Of a stretch of DNA of 64,000 nt, positions 19,604 to 28,929 are shown piece by piece. How positions within the stretch are numbered: the stretch's first letter is position 1; every line of letters starts with the position of its first letter. The DNA is taken from assembly GCA_902784055.1 (NCBI GenBank), contig CACZTP010000001.1:10755-74754 (forward strand), written 5' to 3'. Made by a program: the position numbers and the translations under genes. This stretch comes from an uncultured Pseudomonadota bacterium. Its GTDB lineage: Bacteria > Pseudomonadota > Alphaproteobacteria > RUG11792. The notes beneath the pieces were generated by a model. It was given only the letters and a program-made list of their open reading frames with translations, did not search any database and was not told the origin of the DNA.

Positions 19604-21739
19604 TTACTTGCGAACAACTCGTTTTATAAACCCTGTAGATAATAATAGAGCGATTATTACATTGAGTCGAGACAGAGATGAAACGTTTATTTCTAAATAG
19701 AAATCTTTGAATGAATTAAACGTATTTTCAATGTTAACGCTTAAAATTGAAGAGTCTTGCTGTTCGACAATCTTTGAAATTCGACTAAGATTGCCAGGTT
19801 GATCGAGAATAGTTATAAGCAGTTTGGCTGAAAAATTGGTATCCTTATAATTATATGAAGGATCCCAGTACAGGTCAATAATTTGGTAATCAATGTTAGG
19901 CAATAGAGACTTCAATCGCAGACATTCCTCTATATGAACTTCAACTGACGGTTGATTTGTGACAGATTGAGATACAGCTCCAAACAATTTATCACCTAAA
20001 ATAGGAAAACAACAAAATGTTCTAATAATGGGAAAATCAGGTAACCCTAAAATCATTTCAGCGAGTTTATTTCCAGATTTTACATTTGATGTTAAAACTA
20101 GCTTTTTTCCAAAAATCTCTTCACATTTACGTGCAATTTCCCACATTGCCAAAGAGCTTGCACCTATAGCAAAATAGAATTGATTTTCATTGTCGAACCC
20201 CAAGCTTTTTATTAACGATTTAAGCCCGGAAGGAGATAGCACAGTATCGTTAACTTTTAATAAATCGTTAAAGCATGTCTTGCCTGTTATTTCTAAATTA
20301 ACATTTTCAAAATTCGTTAAAGCTCGGTGTATCGCCATCTTCGCTTTTGCTGTAATAACATACATTTGCCACACGCTATGTGGCGTCGCTTCTTTATCTG
20401 TCAGTATATTTATTTGATCTCCATTTGCAATTATTGTCTTTAATTGTGCTTCTTTGTTATTTATAGTGGCGCCCACCGCGTGATTACCGATTTCAGTATG
20501 AATTGCATACGCAAAATCCAAAACAGATGACCCGACAGGTAAAGAAATTATCTCTCCTTTTGGAGTTATACAAAAAACGTGTTCTGACGCTATTTCGGTT
20601 TTTGAATATTTTATAAAATCATCCATTTTAGAAGAGTTGTTAAGTGTTCTTACCATATCTTTCAACCATTGATAACTTGAATGCGTGCGGTATTTTGCTC
20701 CGTTGTTTTCCTTATATTCCCAATGAGCAGCAATGCCGTATTCGGCAATAAGGTGCATTTTTTGTGTGCGTATTTGTATTTCAATACGCTTATTAAGCGG
20801 TCCTATAATACACGTATGCAAAGATTGGTACCCATTCAACTTTGGTGCGCTTATGTAATCTCTAAAACGCCTTGGGACAACAAGATACTTGCGGTGTAGA
20901 ATTCCCAAAACCTGATAGCATTGTTTTTCATTATCAACTATAACTCTGAAAGCCATTATGTCCGATAGTTGATCGAACGACATAGTTCGTACGTTCATTT
21001 TGTTCCAAATTGAATAGGGAGTTTTTAATCTTCCATCAATTTTGTATTTAACTTTTAGTTCACCTAAAGCTTCGACGAGTTTGTTTCGTATTGTATTTAT
21101 TATTTCATCCTCAGAATTATATAAATCTTTTAATTTATTACGTATTGAGTCATACAAACTTGGATAAAGTTCGTAAAACGCCCTGTCTTGCAATTCATCT
21201 TTTATTTTATACAAACCCACACGTTCAGCCAGTGGAGCGTATATTTCAATCGTTTCTCGAGCTATCGCCTCTCTTCTACTTTTTCTTTTTTTAAATTTTA
21301 AAGTACGTATATTATGCAAACGATCAACAAGTTTTATAATAAGAACCCTTATATCAGATGCAGCTGCAAGTAGTAGCTTCTTATAGTTTTCCACTTGTTG
21401 CGTCGTTACCTTAACTTGTTCTATTTTTGAAAGTTTTGTTACCCCGTTTACTATTGATGAAATTTCTGAACCGAACATTTTTTTTAATTCAGGAAGGGTA
21501 GTAGATGTATCTTCTAGTGTGTCATGCAACAAACCAGCGACTATAGTCACCTGATCCATTTTTAACTCAGTAAGTATCTGAGCAACAGCTAAAGGATGGG
21601 AAAAATAAAGCTCACCTGATTCTCTCACTTGCGTTCCATGTTGTCTCAATGCGAACAAATAGGCTTTTTTTATGAGATCTTCATTAACGTTTGAGAGGTA
21701 GCTTCTAACTTCTTTTATTAGATCGTCATATGTGAGCAC
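19604..21739 (-). CDS. spoT: Bifunctional (p)ppGpp synthetase/hydrolase (RSH family)
   Basis: HD hydrolase motif (LLHDTLEDT). Synthetase motifs GRLKTPYSIWNKM, DIMAFRVIV, EIQIRT, AAHWEYK. Confidence 0.93.
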   Translation of the reverse strand: MLTYDDLIKEVRSYLSNVNEDLIKKAYLFALRQHGTQVRESGELYFSHPLAVAQILTELKMDQVTIVAGLLHDTLEDTSTTLPELKKMFGSEISSIVNGVTKLSKIEQVKVTTQQVENYKKLLLAAASDIRVLIIKLVDRLHNIRTLKFKKRKSRREAIARETIEIYAPLAERVGLYKIKDELQDRAFYELYPSLYDSIRNKLKDLYNSEDEIINTIRNKLVEALGELKVKYKIDGRLKTPYSIWNKMNVRTMSFDQLSDIMAFRVIVDNEKQCYQVLGILHRKYLVVPRRFRDYISAPKLNGYQSLHTCIIGPLNKRIEIQIRTQKMHLIAEYGIAAHWEYKENNGAKYRTHSSYQWLKDMVRTLNNSSKMDDFIKYSKTEIASEHVFCITPKGEIISLPVGSSVLDFAYAIHTEIGNHAVGATINNKEAQLKTIIANGDQINILTDKEATPHSVWQMYVITAKAKMAIHRALTNFENVNLEITGKTCFNDLLKVNDTVLSPSGLKSLIKSLGFDNENQFYFAIGASSLAMWEIARKCEEIFGKKLVLTSNVKSGNKLAEMILGLPDFPIIRTFCCFPILGDKLFGAVSQSVTNQPSVEVHIEECLRLKSLLPNIDYQIIDLYWDPSYNYKDTNFSAKLLITILDQPGNLSRISKIVEQQDSSILSVNIENTFNSFKDFYLEINVSSLSRLNVIIALLLSTGFIKRVVRK

Positions 21740-21912
21740 AATATCCTCTACCCTGCCCCTAAATTCAGCATAGCATGGGGATTTTGTATAAAATTATTTA
21801 ATAATATTGCCAATGAAAAATGAACGATTGAAGCGCTTGTCTGGTGAAATATTGAGCGTTTACCAGAGTATCTGTTATAATTAGATAAGCGTATGATTAA
21901 GAGTTTAAAAAT

Positions 21913-22557
21913 ATGTCGTGTGTTTTAAATATTCAGACGAGAGCCACTAAAGGGTCGGTTCATTCTCGTCGCCTCCGTCATAACGGGATGATTCCGGGAA
22001 TTGTGTACGGAGATGGGAAGGATCCAATGCTGATATCTGTTTCTGAAAAGGATCTCCGCAGAGAATGTTGCACATCTGCATTCTTCAACAAAGTGTTTAC
22101 TTTAGATACAGGAAATGGCATAGAAAAGGTTTTACCAAAAGATATTTATCGTCATCCCGTTACCGACAGTGTATTACATGTCGATTTCATGCGAATTTCA
22201 AAAGGGACTAAAATAAAGATTTTCGTTCCAGTTGAGATAACTAACGAAGATAAATCCCCGGGTGTTAAAAAAGGCGGAATTGTTAATTTGGTTGTTCACA
22301 AACTAGAGTGTTTTAGTGAACCCGAAACGATCCCTGAAAAAATTGTTTTGGATTTGTCTGGAAAGGAAATTGGTGAAAGTTTTCTTTTAAGTCAGATATC
22401 ATTACCTGAAGGTGTTGAGGCGGTAAATTCCGAAAGAGATAACGTTTTAGCGACTATTGTTATATCTAAAGTTGGAAAAGACGAAGACAAACAACCTACT
22501 GGAACCCCAACAACTCCAACTACAGATACAACGTCTGCAACGAAAATCGAAAAATAG
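21913..22557 (+). CDS. rplY: 50S ribosomal protein L25/general stress protein Ctc
   Basis: R..G.IPGIVYG, H.V....LHVDF..I, two-domain Ctc form with a T/P-rich tail. Confidence 0.9.
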   Translation: MSCVLNIQTRATKGSVHSRRLRHNGMIPGIVYGDGKDPMLISVSEKDLRRECCTSAFFNKVFTLDTGNGIEKVLPKDIYRHPVTDSVLHVDFMRISKGTKIKIFVPVEITNEDKSPGVKKGGIVNLVVHKLECFSEPETIPEKIVLDLSGKEIGESFLLSQISLPEGVEAVNSERDNVLATIVISKVGKDEDKQPTGTPTTPTTDTTSATKIEK

Positions 22558-23174
22558 TGACAACTATTTTTTTGATAGTTGGCTTAGGAAATCCCGGTTC
22601 AGTATATGCAATGACGAATCACAATGTTGGTTTTGCGTGTGCGGATTTCCTGGCTGACAGTTTAGATTTCCCCGTTTTGCGGGAAAAATTCAACGGTCTG
22701 TATTCAGAAAAGACTTTCGAGGTAACTACAGCTGGCAATAGACGAGCGTATCAAAAAATAATAATATTAAAACCTCAAACTTTCATGAATTCATCAGGGG
22801 TATCTGTTCAAAAATTTATCCAATTTTATAAAATTAAACCCGAAAACGTTGTTGTAATACACGATGATCTGGATTTAAAATCAGGTACTATAAGAATAAA
22901 ATTTTCTGGAAGTAGTGGAGGGCATAATGGCATCAAAAGTATTGATAATATTATAGGATCAGAGTTTTGGAGAATTAGAGTTGGAATAGGACGACCTAAT
23001 TGTAAGGACTATCCTACAAAAGACTATGTCTTGGCAAAAATCTCTGATAAGTTAAAGCAAAAACTGCCGGTTGTGTTCAAAGCAATTTCGAACAACATTA
23101 AAGAATTTCTTTTAGAAAAACATCCTAAGTCTATATCAATATCCAAAATAAAAGTAGATGCAAACCCAAGTTAA
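22557..23174 (+). CDS. pth: Peptidyl-tRNA hydrolase
   Basis: LIVGLGNPG..Y..T.HN.GF, HDDLDL, GGHNG. GTG start overlaps the rplY stop by 1 nt. Confidence 0.93.
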   Translation: MTTIFLIVGLGNPGSVYAMTNHNVGFACADFLADSLDFPVLREKFNGLYSEKTFEVTTAGNRRAYQKIIILKPQTFMNSSGVSVQKFIQFYKIKPENVVVIHDDLDLKSGTIRIKFSGSSGGHNGIKSIDNIIGSEFWRIRVGIGRPNCKDYPTKDYVLAKISDKLKQKLPVVFKAISNNIKEFLLEKHPKSISISKIKVDANPS

Positions 23175-23499
23175 AAAATGATCGGCAAAATAATTTGGGG
23201 TATAGTAATGATGTTAACAACACTCACTTTTACAATTCGGGCAATGCAGGGTTTGCCAATAGCGACAGTATTTTTCGAAACAAGAGAAATCGTTTTGGTT
23301 GATAAAGATAAATAAAAGTGATAAAGTTACAATAACAACTGCATTTTAAAAACTATCTTGCTCTTGTATATTGATAATACATTGAGGAAAACTATAAAGA
23401 AGCAATTTGAACTATTCAAGATAGTAAATATTCCGTATTTTTTAACCTATTATAAACATTGGATAAGAGAAGTAATTCCTTATTAAGGATTTGCCGATA

Positions 23500-24762
23500 T
23501 CAATTCATTTTTTTATTTATAGTGAATAAAATACTAAGAGCTATTCCAGCAAGGATCGAACTCAATCCGAAAGCATAGTTAAACCCGAACAAATCAGCTG
23601 TTTTTCCTATAATAGATCCGCCTAATAATAGGGATAAAGCACATGTAAGGTTATAAAGACCCAACCCTGTTCCCTTTAATCCAGACGGTGCTATTTCTGA
23701 TATCTTGGCTGCAAATATACTTTGTGAAACTCCGGTATATGACCCCATACAAAGAAGCGCCAATAAAGTCACTGATGGATTTCCTCCCCCGAAAATAAAT
23801 AACAAATCCGCGATAACAAACATACCTAATCCGAACATAAAAATAGGAGTTGCGCTTTTCATTTTGTCAGATATTTGCCCGGACACAATAGCTGTTAAAC
23901 TGTTTGATATATAACAAATTGCCAATATTAATGGACACATAAAAATATTTAGATCAAACGCCGTTGTGACGTTTAAAATTATCAATGATTCAGATACTTT
24001 TGCACAGTTATAAATTGCTGCGATTGCCAATAACAACCAATATCGTTTTGAAAATTTCGAAATATCCTTTATTTTTATGCCACATGATGATTTTTCTGTC
24101 TCTGATTGTTTAATAACTCTTTTGTTTTCTATGCCAAATATAACAATGATGACGGCAGTCGCTGCCGGGATACAGGCACACCAAAATACTAGTTGAAAAT
24201 TGTCTAATATTCTGTAAAGAACGGCAGCTAGCACAGTACCCAACAAGGCTCCAATTGCCGCCATTCCTTGACGCACGCCGAAACAACTAGCTTGGTGTTT
24301 TGCAGGAGCCCAGTCTCCAACTAAAGCGTCTCGAGGAGTTGATTGAATACCGTTTCCCATCCTTTCTAATACCTTGGCACAGAACAGAGGAGCAAAACTA
24401 CGCCCCAACGCTTCAAGCGGTTTTGCTAAAAATAAAAGAGACGCTCCAAATAAAAGCAATATTTTACGATTACACAAAAGATCGCTTAAATAACCGGAAA
24501 ACAACTTCATTATAAATGAGCAAGCCTCAACAGTTCCATCCAATATACCGATTTTTGTAAGATTAACACCTAAATTGTTGTGTAAATAAATTCCAAAAAA
24601 GCTGAAAATCATCAGTGTTGACATATTTATAAAAAACGAAGCAAAACAGATTGATTTAACCGTGCGTGGAACAGCACGTATTCGACCGAATAGATTTAAG
24701 GAATTCATTAAATGCATCCCATCCCGATGCGAATATACATTGAGACTAACCCAAGCGAACAC
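23500..24762 (-). CDS. MFS-type transporter
   Basis: About 12 hydrophobic segments. A G..SD....R loop motif (GYLSDLLCNRK) between TM2 and TM3. The true start may be an internal Met near 24717/24708. Confidence 0.75.
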   Translation of the reverse strand: MFAWVSLNVYSHRDGMHLMNSLNLFGRIRAVPRTVKSICFASFFINMSTLMIFSFFGIYLHNNLGVNLTKIGILDGTVEACSFIMKLFSGYLSDLLCNRKILLLFGASLLFLAKPLEALGRSFAPLFCAKVLERMGNGIQSTPRDALVGDWAPAKHQASCFGVRQGMAAIGALLGTVLAAVLYRILDNFQLVFWCACIPAATAVIIVIFGIENKRVIKQSETEKSSCGIKIKDISKFSKRYWLLLAIAAIYNCAKVSESLIILNVTTAFDLNIFMCPLILAICYISNSLTAIVSGQISDKMKSATPIFMFGLGMFVIADLLFIFGGGNPSVTLLALLCMGSYTGVSQSIFAAKISEIAPSGLKGTGLGLYNLTCALSLLLGGSIIGKTADLFGFNYAFGLSSILAGIALSILFTINKKMN

Positions 24763-24963
24763 GATACGTCAAGTTTGTGTTTTATGGAATTTAAAAGACG
24801 TGTTTAACTATTTTTATCAATTATTAATTAAAAATCACTCAGTATATAATGTTAATTATTTTTACAAATTAGACTACTATATAAAGCGATAGATTGTTAT
24901 ATCCACACAAAAATATTATCGTCATGCTATCCTCAAGTCGGTAACAGAGTTTATTAAATAGTC

Positions 24964-26571
24964 ATGAATAAGATTTACAAAATGTTACTTATCGTTTCAG
25001 GAGTATTGTCTTGCGTTGGATGTTCGAGTGTTAAAAAAAATCAAACCAAAAGTAGTAAACCGCAGGTTATTACTTTAAATGATGTAAAACAAAATACGCC
25101 TACGTTTTCTAAAGAATTAAATAAAAATGATAATGATCATATTCTAATAATAGAACGCTATAAAGTTAATTTCCCTCCGCAACTTATTTCATATATGGAA
25201 GGAGCATTAAAAAATAACAAGAAAATCGCCGAAGCACAGCACGATGTCCTTGCAACAAATGAACAACATAATATACAAAAATCAGCTTTTAAACCGGTAA
25301 TAGATTCTGTATCTGGAATATCAAATAGACCCACAAGACATTGGCAAAACATGTCTACAAGCGACGTAACAGTGGCTGCCGAAACTGCATATAGTACATC
25401 ACTTCGCATGCGTTGGAACCTATTTAAAGGAGGAGCTGACATTGCAAAACTCGAAAGTACTGATAAGCAAATTGAGGCACAATGGAAAGAGTACGATACT
25501 GTAGTTCAAGACGTATTACAACAAGTAGCAGAACTGTACTTTAATATTGTTTCAAAACAAAAAGAGATAGAAAATATTCGCTCATTGATGAATGCTCGAA
25601 AAGAAAGTATAAACGTTGCTTCACAAATGAACATTGCCGGTGTAGCAAAAGAAGTTGATGTCGCACAAGCAAATGCGGCTTACGCTGAGTCTGAGGCGAA
25701 ACTTTCTGTTGCCGAAGCCCAAGAGCAAACATATATGACACAGCTATCCGAAATTACAGGGTTGCCTGTTTCTGGAAAATTGCAACAACCAAAGAATTTA
25801 ACAAGCGCTACAGACGCTATGAAAATGCTAACAGAAAGAAGAGCTCTTGAAATTGCGTCAAAATTAAATCCTAAAGTAATAGCTTCTAACGCAAAATGTC
25901 TCGCGGCTCAAGCGGAAATGAAGGAGCCAGTTGATGGGTTTTCTCCGTCCCTAGATTTAGAAAGTGGTTTTTACGTAGAGCAGGATCATGACGTTAATGG
26001 GGTTATCGGTAAATCCGGATCTATGTCTACAACCAATGTTTTATATCGACATAATCCTGCAATAGGGCTTAGTCTTACAATTCCTATTTATAGTGGCGGA
26101 GGTGGTAAGGCTAAAAAACGACAAATGGGCGAAAACCTTACAAAAGCTCGAATTGCTCGAGATCGCACTTTGTTAGAACTCAGGACTGAATTAAAACGAT
26201 CGTTTGAAATGATAGAAGCGGCTAATGAAAACATAATATCAGGAGAACAAGCCATAACAGCCCGTAGTATGTCATTGCAAGCGACAAAAGATGAACTACA
26301 AGCAGGAATTAAAATAATGAAGGATGTCCTAGATGAACAACAGAAACTTTTCGAGGCGCAACAAATGCTTACTGAAGCAGTTAAAGACAAGCTTATTAAT
26401 CAATGTAAGTTGCTCAGTTGCTTAGGTCTTTTAAATCCGAAATATTTAAAATTAGAAGATCCAGGTTTTGATTATAAGAAAGAATTCGAACATCAGAAAA
26501 GAGGTTTATTCACTAGGTTTAGTGAGTGGAAAACAAATAAAAAACTCAATGATAAATACTTTAGTGAATAA
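24964..26571 (+). CDS. TolC/OprM-family outer-membrane efflux protein (lipoprotein-type signal)
   Basis: Signal plus Cys (LIVSGVLSCVGCSS). Two internal repeats of coiled-coil and beta segments typical of OEP/TolC. Confidence 0.8.
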   Translation: MNKIYKMLLIVSGVLSCVGCSSVKKNQTKSSKPQVITLNDVKQNTPTFSKELNKNDNDHILIIERYKVNFPPQLISYMEGALKNNKKIAEAQHDVLATNEQHNIQKSAFKPVIDSVSGISNRPTRHWQNMSTSDVTVAAETAYSTSLRMRWNLFKGGADIAKLESTDKQIEAQWKEYDTVVQDVLQQVAELYFNIVSKQKEIENIRSLMNARKESINVASQMNIAGVAKEVDVAQANAAYAESEAKLSVAEAQEQTYMTQLSEITGLPVSGKLQQPKNLTSATDAMKMLTERRALEIASKLNPKVIASNAKCLAAQAEMKEPVDGFSPSLDLESGFYVEQDHDVNGVIGKSGSMSTTNVLYRHNPAIGLSLTIPIYSGGGGKAKKRQMGENLTKARIARDRTLLELRTELKRSFEMIEAANENIISGEQAITARSMSLQATKDELQAGIKIMKDVLDEQQKLFEAQQMLTEAVKDKLINQCKLLSCLGLLNPKYLKLEDPGFDYKKEFEHQKRGLFTRFSEWKTNKKLNDKYFSE

Positions 26572-26586
26572 TAACGGATTAGCTCT

Positions 26587-27129
26587 ATGACAAATTATAA
26601 AAAAGATGAAGAAATGTCAATGGAGGATATATTATCTTCCATACGAAAATACGTTGCAGATGAAAAAAACACAGATTCCTTTGATAAACATGAAAATGGG
26701 ATAGTTCAGGATCAGTATCCAAGTGAGCAATACGATACACAATCGAGGGAAGACAACGATAATGTAATAACTTTGGGGCAGGAAGATGTCGCTGAACAAT
26801 CTGGCGGGACAGGGCATATTTCCGACGATAACATCGTTTTAGGAAATTCAACCACTGATTTCAATAATTTGAATGCCGAAGATACTACAGTAGGAACCTA
26901 TTCTGGGGCTACAGACAGAAATAGAGAAAGTCCATTTAATAAACTTGCAGAGGCATTAAAAACATACGGAACGCGTAAAAAGAACACGGAGTTAAGTATA
27001 AAGATGTCAATGGAACAGTTTTTTCGCACTGTTACTGAAAATTATTTACAAAAGTGGATGGATGCTAATATTAAAAGGGCTGTTGATGAAATAGTCCGAA
27101 AAGAAATAGAGAAGTTAAAACAGGAGTGA
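26587..27129 (+). CDS. popZ: DUF2497 / PopZ-like pole-organising protein
   Basis: N-terminal ..EEMSMEDILSSIRKYV (cf. PopZ EP.MEEILASIRRII), an acidic low-complexity middle, and a C-terminal helical ..YLQKWMDANIKRAVDEIVRKEIEKL. Confidence 0.7.
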   Translation: MTNYKKDEEMSMEDILSSIRKYVADEKNTDSFDKHENGIVQDQYPSEQYDTQSREDNDNVITLGQEDVAEQSGGTGHISDDNIVLGNSTTDFNNLNAEDTTVGTYSGATDRNRESPFNKLAEALKTYGTRKKNTELSIKMSMEQFFRTVTENYLQKWMDANIKRAVDEIVRKEIEKLKQE

Positions 27130-27133
27130 GACA

Positions 27134-27442
27134 ATGATCAAAATTCAATCGTTCGATGAAATAGACAAGCTGATTAAAGAAAAGGAGCTGTTGCTATTCG
27201 TTTTTGGTGCACCGTGGTGCGGTGGGTGTCGCATGCTTATGCCTGTCCTAAAAATAGTCGAGGATGAGCTACCGGAATTAACTGTAGCAGGTATCAATGT
27301 TGACGAATTTCAAGAAATTTCAGCAAAGTATGACATACAAGCAATTCCTACGCTTGTATTATTCAAAAACAACGTTGAAGTCGCATCTCATAACGGATTT
27401 GCATCCTCTCAAGCTATGATAGATTGGATAAAGGATAATTGA
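27134..27442 (+). CDS. trxA: Thioredoxin-family protein with WCGGC active site
   Basis: 102 aa. FGAPWCGGCRML..P and the cis-Pro region IQAIPTLVLF. Confidence 0.85.
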   Translation: MIKIQSFDEIDKLIKEKELLLFVFGAPWCGGCRMLMPVLKIVEDELPELTVAGINVDEFQEISAKYDIQAIPTLVLFKNNVEVASHNGFASSQAMIDWIKDN

Positions 27443-27457
27443 AGAAGGAGGGGGACA

Positions 27458-28207
27458 ATGGATTTCAGAAAAGAGACAAAATCTTTATTTAAAGATTTAA
27501 CAGTGATGTTTGCATTACTGTTTATTGTGTTTAGTTTTTGGTTTCAGCCTTTTAAAATTCCATCTGAATCCATGGTTCCTACATTGCTTGTAGGTGATTT
27601 TCTTGTTGTCGATAAACAATGCTATGGGTATACGAATAACTCGTTTCGCATGTGGTCCAAAACACTACCTTTACCAAAATTTTCTAAACGATTCTTTGCG
27701 TCCAAAAAACCACAATACGGTGATGTTGTAGTATTTCGAAATCCGAAAGATGGAGATAAAAACTACATAAAACGCCTTATAGGAATGCCTGGAGACAAAG
27801 TTCAACTTAAAGATGGCATTGTTTATATAAATGATAAGCAATGCAGTATTACTGAAGTTGATACATACTCACTGATGAGTAAAGGGGAGTATAAGATATT
27901 TAAAAAATATATTGAAACATTGCCAAACGGACGTGAACATGTGATAATAAAATACGTTCCTTTTGGCAAAGGATATTTTGACAATACAGAACCTTATACG
28001 GTTCCGGAAGGTCATTATTTTGTTATGGGAGATAATAGGGATAATTCAAGTGACAGTAGAGTTATGGAAACGTGTGGATTTATAGCAGATGAATATGTTA
28101 TGGGAGAGGCAAAATATTTGTTCTTCTCATCTAGTTGCAAATGGTATGAAATATTCAAATGGGTATCTTCAATAAGGTTCGACCGAATGTTCACAAAGAT
28201 AAGATAG
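27458..28207 (+). CDS. lepB: Signal peptidase I
   Basis: IPSESMVPTL (Ser box), YIKRLIGMPGD (Lys box), GDNRDNSSDSR. Confidence 0.93.
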   Translation: MDFRKETKSLFKDLTVMFALLFIVFSFWFQPFKIPSESMVPTLLVGDFLVVDKQCYGYTNNSFRMWSKTLPLPKFSKRFFASKKPQYGDVVVFRNPKDGDKNYIKRLIGMPGDKVQLKDGIVYINDKQCSITEVDTYSLMSKGEYKIFKKYIETLPNGREHVIIKYVPFGKGYFDNTEPYTVPEGHYFVMGDNRDNSSDSRVMETCGFIADEYVMGEAKYLFFSSSCKWYEIFKWVSSIRFDRMFTKIR

Positions 28208-28212
28208 ACAAT

Positions 28213-28929
28213 ATGTATTATATAGACGTTAACAATCGTGGAGTTAATCAACGGCTGGCAATATCAATCGAAAAGATAAGCCGACTAGAAGAAATGCTTA
28301 ATTACGAGTTTAAAAACAAAGAAACAATACGCTCTGCATTACGTCATTCAAGCATAAAGAGGGTTGCGATTCCTTTTGAACGTTTAGAATTCTTGGGAGA
28401 TAGAATTTTGGGAGTTGTAATTGCTGAGTACATATACAGATCAACAAAAGGTGATGAAGGAGGCATGGCTCGTATGCATTCTGCTCTAGTTTGTGCGGAT
28501 GCGTGTTATTCAATAGCCTTGCATTTAGGTCTGAATGAGATAGTCAAAACGGCAGGGAAACACTTAAGAAACAATAAAACTGTGTTAGCTGACGCAATGG
28601 AGGCAGTGCTAGGGGCTGTATTTACAGATAGCGGTAGAGACTACTTGAAAGTGGAAGAAATAGTTTTAAATCTTTGGAGACCTCTTGTTTTAAGATATAA
28701 AGCATCAGAGCAGGAGCCTAAAACTCAGCTTCAAGAACTTGTTCAATCTCGATCAAATGCAGTTCCGGTTTATACGCTGTTAGAAGTTTCTGGGGCACAA
28801 CATCAGCCTGTGTTTAAGGTTCAGGTATCAGCGTTAGGTAAATCGGTTGAAACATTAGGTCACTCTAAAAAAGAAGCTGAAACAATAGCTGCGCGCGAGC
28901 TATTGCATTTGTTGAGAAATGAAAATTAA
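28213..28929 (+). CDS. rnc: Ribonuclease III
   Basis: ERLEFLGDRILG signature, ADAMEAVLGA, C-terminal dsRBD. Start set at ATG 28213 just after the lepB stop (the track ORF begins at 28159). Confidence 0.92.
   Translation: MYYIDVNNRGVNQRLAISIEKISRLEEMLNYEFKNKETIRSALRHSSIKRVAIPFERLEFLGDRILGVVIAEYIYRSTKGDEGGMARMHSALVCADACYSIALHLGLNEIVKTAGKHLRNNKTVLADAMEAVLGAVFTDSGRDYLKVEEIVLNLWRPLVLRYKASEQEPKTQLQELVQSRSNAVPVYTLLEVSGAQHQPVFKVQVSALGKSVETLGHSKKEAETIAARELLHLLRNEN

Noticed and set aside
23178-23315. 45-aa ORF (MIGKIIWGIVMMLTTLTFTIRAM..) after pth
   Set aside because: It has no Shine-Dalgarno sequence, is very short and matches no recognisable family. It cannot be supported from sequence alone.
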